This document shows positions 61,001 to 64,000 of a stretch of DNA of 64,000 bases, one piece after another. Position 1 is the stretch's first letter. Every line of letters starts with the position of its first letter. The notes beneath the pieces were generated by a model. The model ran no database searches, was not told where the DNA came from, and was given only the letters and a program-made list of their open reading frames with translations. This DNA comes from an uncultured bacterium. GTDB taxonomy: Bacteria; Oederibacteriota; JAAXVQ01; JAUVAV01. Location: contig CAVQBK010000003.1 of NCBI GenBank assembly GCA_963710755.1, positions 1 to 64,000 on the forward strand, read 5' to 3'. A program made the position numbers and the translations under genes.

Positions 61001-61002
61001 AT
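55099..61002 (-). CDS. Secreted multimodular protein: 2x malectin, GH144/glycoamylase-like catalytic domain, 3x CBM11-like modules, SBBP beta-propeller, Thr/Pro linkers, T9SS-type-A-like C-terminal domain
   Basis: Malectin VKLLFSE..GRRIFNV; GH144-like GFFFHFLD, ELSSIDSAIL, GYNE, WGLT..DGP, GRFGF.D.YN, IGIDLG..IENYRTG; SBBP YSTFLGG; C-terminal VYPNPA..WD..VAPGIY. Confidence 0.85.
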   Translation of the reverse strand: MLKIACHALASFFRYLWPVVFLLAATLGPVQAESFSQRVRCGHDQSYTDSHGYVWQADQAYAQSQNQYKWGYLSGDHPAQFDSYELENTLDWPLYQQERWGNGTQAPAYRVDVPGPGTYYVKLLFSEMYFGVQDSSGTGIGRRIFNVSINGNQVLTHFDIMAETGGRALRAVVKPFKVTVTGEGTYSNTIVIATGSIVENPKINAIEVTAGPSLTDAMDAYTTADPTGGEAFRLNCGGTKSVDSTGKLWMTDEAFASQNRWGYENGTVKTVESTEPDHNRMVTWREGHEQMHYRFNLPNGAYQVRLYFQENTYHQSGQRVFDVAVNGQPVASHLDVFQAAGFQTPYEVQTGLQVNHETLDISFPHVSVGAAMINAIEVDALNVSNEAFLDFVERKSLSYFIPQDNERSGVNPANGLVSDRLHNQFDGYWSNASTAAVGFGLGALAAGMSRGWIPPSAAEEQVTTILRTLAQAAPFTTGQETGLVHKEGFFFHFLDIQTGQRSADSELSSIDSAILLAGVATVRQAFTSASIQQDSATILDRVNWPWFTNQQAQGMVAMHWNPESGFEPWTWDGYNEGALIYLMGTGASHPVSPAAWWHQAQVWRQEFNQVYMTDKQDAPPLFRQIYPQSFIDLRQSSDAKNDYFLNSQQAAAANRLFCQANSSHPTYAQGGWGLTSGDGPVPGAPGSTFSYREYKPQAGSNDGTVNPSIVAAAIPFYPEQSIATLRKMYFQYKHFLWGRFGFADGYNLDAPQSLDAQARSGQGWVGPDVIGIDLGSMVMGIENYRTGFIWASTNAYAPITEAKQQMGFNKSLIDNFDQDARLNDTPDQRDGQWWSPSPQTYAMTTENYIAGNTSPLLRIDFNKGAGSEWDYVVLGDLTNPANLSYVMGYDQFRFRAHGQTTVLLKFRDRYGKESPDSGILTINAPDSWQTVTWDLQHIDWGECNPREIKDILFFIKPGQTGQGTLQLDDIEMDKTNAATPTPSPTPTMTRTATPTPTATPSCTPGGLKYNTFFGGSGKDTINDMLMQGDKLYVVGETTSTDLPITSNALDKHNNGTEPNRVDGFLAIFRDNGQTLDLQYCTYLGGSSQDSIMGIKLDHQGNIYLTGATWSPDFPVTAGAYNTTIHGAYSPRDAYLAKLDPTGSRLLYSTFLGGPNWDYGFCLDMEEPDVVYIGGFTHGSFPVTAGAAQTQFGGYGDGFVTKFDIGANRPVYSTYVGGNWWEPVAFLAVKQGKVYLANGTQSTNFPMAGNYWDDVNNVPYPNSGGGDATFAVLSADGSHFEFSTYLGPENDHLDTAFTGLAIDDDGTIYATGYTYEPDFPMINTPGQASFAGVKDGILVKIVPGADNATYTIAYTRFLGGDGEDQCKAIALGNDHDLWIYGTTKSANFPEAGHSVNDSDLFVLNLTREGQIRWGKRIGGSADESGSHQHLGISFNQRGDLILGGNTASSDYPVSSQAFQKIYGGGALDGVIASIGDLNLLTATPTPGVNTDPVIDNFDNDHSLDNAMNENDSEWQQANGPITAALVENVKGNNTSLLKVDYNKPNDDWSSLENKMYLERGDQTNFSTTTKISMRVLGTVDLLLKFKDFNDQQSGDIQTISVQNPDTWRVITFDYSAVNWLSCNASQIRSLVLIPQPGRRGSGSFYLDDLRLGDYQVAANLIDDFENDGQPGDEPGRRDAQWSGSGSNIFAFTTTGTVPNSDGNCLMVTYNKPESEIWANITAGNLMASGNLHDFSVDTKLAMNIKGQVTFRMKFIDINNQPSGELDFTSTEASLWETKVIDYSTLNWGACDKTKVNQIMFFPQAGLAGSGTFYIDNISLGTGVVQAAAARMSANSTIPGKLSGQLAGVVPTVTPVNDATPTATVTPTMDYSKLWKGDKVLVYPNPARDTVKFLFEMNETGRVQIYVYKITGDLVARIEKDQSGGSGQTGEARWDARQVAPGIYLARIVVENDHGDIMINKIKKIAIIK

Positions 61003-61091
61003 TGTCTTCCCTCCTGATTAAACGTGATTAAAGGTGTTCGGTTCACCGCAAGGCCGGTGTAAAAAGGTAACTGTCCCTTTGCAAATGACTG

Positions 61092-62042
61092 CTAGAAATT
61101 TAAAGATAAGGCCATTTGGTGGGTTAAGCCCAATTCCCCAAAGCTGACCAGGGCGTAATCAATCTGAATAAGTCCATAGGCCAAACCGGCGCCCACGGTA
61201 AGCCCGGTTGTGTCATCGAGCCCGCCTTTATCGGACAATTTATAGCCGGCCCGCAGGGCGAGGAGATGGTTGTACCAATACTCGGTTCCCATTTTTACGG
61301 CCACTGGTCGCACCTCGCCCAGAGGTACATCGAGGTCCACATCCACCAACCATTGGTCTTTTTCTGTTATTTTCACAGGCAGGGTATAAGCCGCGGCCAC
61401 CACCGCTTTTAAGGGCAGGTTAAAGTCCGCGATGGGCGTGCCCACATTTTTAATGACCACGGCCGCAGTCAATCCCATCAGGCCAGGTTGCATAAGTACG
61501 CCCACATCCCCTGCCAAGGTGGAATAGGTGACCGTATCAATGGTTTGTTGGAAATATTTCACCGTAAGACCGGCGGAAAGAAAAGACAGGACACCATGGC
61601 TAAAAGAGCCTGCCACCAGCAGGTCAAAAGGCGAAAATGATCCTAATGCTTCCGGCTGGCCATTGCTGTCTATCCCCAATTTGTCTATACTGCCATAGTT
61701 CAAATAAGCGGCTGACAATCCCACGGCTTGCTGCTTACCGGTTTTATATACTGCCCCGGCATACTCAATGGCTGTTTGTTCCAGATAAAAGGCATGCAAC
61801 ATTCCTGCTTGGCTTTGTGAACAAAAGGCCAGGCCAGCGGGATTATATAAGGTAGCATGATAATCATTGGCCACGGCTGTAAAGGCTTCGGCCATGCCTG
61901 CGGGCCTGGCCCCCAGGCCAACAGCTAATAAAGGTCCGGCCACTTTTCCTGCTGCATAATCCTGCTGCTCTGCAGCCAGCCACTGTGGTATGGCCAGCAT
62001 TAGTACGACCGCCGCCAATGCTGTTAATTGTTCTTTTTTCAT
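61092..62042 (-). CDS. PorV/PorQ-family outer-membrane beta-barrel protein
   Basis: Signal peptide, GLGARPAGMAEAFTAVAND..YNPAGL, ALRAGY, IDYA..FGELG.TH, terminal F. Confidence 0.85.
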   Translation of the reverse strand: MKKEQLTALAAVVLMLAIPQWLAAEQQDYAAGKVAGPLLAVGLGARPAGMAEAFTAVANDYHATLYNPAGLAFCSQSQAGMLHAFYLEQTAIEYAGAVYKTGKQQAVGLSAAYLNYGSIDKLGIDSNGQPEALGSFSPFDLLVAGSFSHGVLSFLSAGLTVKYFQQTIDTVTYSTLAGDVGVLMQPGLMGLTAAVVIKNVGTPIADFNLPLKAVVAAAYTLPVKITEKDQWLVDVDLDVPLGEVRPVAVKMGTEYWYNHLLALRAGYKLSDKGGLDDTTGLTVGAGLAYGLIQIDYALVSFGELGLTHQMALSLNF

Positions 62043-62250
62043 GTCCTCCCCCTTAGTCTTGATGACGCTACTTTCTATAAGAGGGTTTGGGGCAGAATCT
62101 TTTTACATTTTTTTTAAATTTATTTTTTAACAGCCTTATCCCTTTTCCCTTCGGTCGGCTCTTTTGTCAGCTTGACCGCCCCCCGCTGGCCATGGATAAT
62201 GATCCACCTTCAATCATTGGGGATTGGCATTGATTAGTAAAGGAACACCC

Positions 62251-63486
62251 ATGACCGTCATCTATGATCTTATCATCGTTGGCGCCGGAGCCAGTGGACT
62301 CTATGCCGGCGTACACGCCCAGCATCTGGGATTAAACACCCTGTTACTGGAAAAGATGGAGGAGCCCGGCAAGAAATTGCTTCTTGCCGGAAGCGGTCAA
62401 TGTAACCTCACCAACGATCGCCCTATCCGGGAATTTTTAACCTGCTATGGAGACCATAGCCGCTTTTTAAAGCCCGCCTTGCTGAGCCATACCAATAGTG
62501 AGACTATGGCTTTTTTTGAATCGCTGGGCCTTAAGCTGGTGACCATGCCTGCTACGGGTAAGGTTTTTCCTACATCCAGAAAAGCGCGCGATCTCAGAGA
62601 CGCCTTGGTCCAGTACTTGCCCGCGGACAGCCTCCATTGTCGCGAGAAAGTCATCCGTTTGGCCACTCACCAGGAAGGCATGGAGGTTATTACTGACCAA
62701 GGTCATTATCTTGCCCGCTCCGTGCTTTTGGCTACCGGCGGCCAAAGCTTTCCGCAAACCGGATCCACTGGTGACGGTTACGGCTTGGCTCAACGTCTGG
62801 GTCATCACCTTGTGCAGCCCCGGCCGGGACTGTCGCCTATAGTCATACGTCCATTTTTATTTTCCCAGTTGGCCGGCACTTCTTTTGAAGCTATCAGTGT
62901 CAGCCTCTATCACGAAGGTCGAAAAATCAAAACCTTAACCGGACCCATGCTCTTTACCCACACCGGGCTGTCCGGTCCTGTTATTCTCCATCTCAGCCGC
63001 TGGGCCAGCCCTGGTGATGAGGTGGTACTTCATTTCCTGGCACCTCATCATCGCCAAGCCCTGCGTGACCACTGGCTTCATGACCTGGAGCACGCACCGC
63101 AAAAAAAAATCCGTGCCTTGATGAAAGCAGTGCCTGTGTCCAAAGCCTTGCGAGAAAGTCTCATGGATCATCTGCTGTCCAGACCGTTATCGTCTTTGGC
63201 GGAATTGGGCCGCAAAGGGGTCAATATCTTGGTGGACCATCTAGGTGGGTTCAGACTCTCTATCGCTGAAATAGGCGGGTTTAACATTGCCATGGTTACG
63301 GCAGGAGGCGTAACGCTTGATGAAGTTGATTCTAAGACCATGTGTTCGAAAATTTGTCCTGCCCTGTTTTTTTCAGGGGAAGTTTTGGATATTGACGGCG
63401 ACACTGGTGGTTATGATCTTCAGGCTTGCTGGTCAACCGCCTATTTGGCCATTCAGTCTATTGTCCAGACTATAGATCCAAAATAA
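62251..63486 (+). CDS. HI0933/BaiN-family flavoprotein
   Basis: IVGAGASG, GKKLLLAGSGQCN.TN, GKVFP, LATGG.S.P.TGSTGDGY, LFTH.GLSGP, VTAGGV, GE.LD.DGDTGGY. Confidence 0.93.
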   Translation: MTVIYDLIIVGAGASGLYAGVHAQHLGLNTLLLEKMEEPGKKLLLAGSGQCNLTNDRPIREFLTCYGDHSRFLKPALLSHTNSETMAFFESLGLKLVTMPATGKVFPTSRKARDLRDALVQYLPADSLHCREKVIRLATHQEGMEVITDQGHYLARSVLLATGGQSFPQTGSTGDGYGLAQRLGHHLVQPRPGLSPIVIRPFLFSQLAGTSFEAISVSLYHEGRKIKTLTGPMLFTHTGLSGPVILHLSRWASPGDEVVLHFLAPHHRQALRDHWLHDLEHAPQKKIRALMKAVPVSKALRESLMDHLLSRPLSSLAELGRKGVNILVDHLGGFRLSIAEIGGFNIAMVTAGGVTLDEVDSKTMCSKICPALFFSGEVLDIDGDTGGYDLQACWSTAYLAIQSIVQTIDPK

Positions 63487-64000
63487 GCTTCTCTTTTTAC
63501 CACAATGCTATTTAGTAAAATAATTTAAAAACAAAAACTATATGAAATTTAATTTCTTTAATTTAAATATATTTATTAATATTTTTTTTTATTCCCTTTC
63601 AGCATAATCATTTAATTCATTTAAACCATTTTGGCCAACCTTTATCCGGTCTTTGATTGCTCTCGACGGAATTCTGCTTGTACTCTTGGCAACCGGCCTG
63701 AACATGACGGTTTTGGCATTCTTGAATGGCCTGCTTGCAATGCTATGCTTTGAACTATAAAAAATCATCGCCATTGCTGGTAAGCAGACACACCGCAAGG
63801 GCTTAAAATCAGGTTAATTTAATAACATGGCGATTATCCTTATATTTAAATTACTTTCGAATGGTGACACACTAAGTATTAAAATGTAGCCCACCATGTT
63901 ACTGTTCGTTTCCTAAAAAAGTAGTTTAAAACTTTAATGTTTCCCCTTATGGCATAAACTTAATTCAGTAATTCTTTTTTCATCAATTTTACAGCACTTG

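Overview
The window is very probably a chimeric long-read (Nanopore) contig end joining at least four genomes. (A) 1-~7770 is AT-rich Bacteroidota DNA: glutathione peroxidase, response regulator, DUF2179-type membrane protein, msrC-like GAF protein, threonine aldolase, queA, Smr protein, RNase P RNA and kdsA. (B) ~7782-8506 is a very GC-rich Ser/Thr kinase fragment that starts right after an 11-nt remnant of the ONT ligation adapter. (C) ~8507-14075 looks like Desulfobacterota DNA: glk, O-methyltransferase, NodIJ-type ABC exporter, truncated MscS and palindromic repeats. (D) ~14077-64000 is a clean, frameshift-free segment from a different bacterium; FCPU426/Firestonebacteria-like candidate phylum is my inference, not verified. 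Segment D holds a ~23 kb minus-strand glycosylation locus (DUF2298/Chlor_Arch_YYY, Agl23/TIGR03663, three NHL propeller proteins, PA14-bearing GT-C, flippase, GT2/GT4 enzymes and a redox/epimerase sugar cassette). It also encodes SpoIID, a sensor kinase, HtpX, KtrAB, NSS and SLC12-like transporters, trpS, and a 1967-aa malectin/GH144/CBM/SBBP protein with a T9SS-like tail next to a PorV-family gene. The best novelty candidate is an orphan, highly structured ~376-nt plus-strand RNA at 41472-41847 with its own intrinsic terminator, which matches no RNA family I can recognise by eye.
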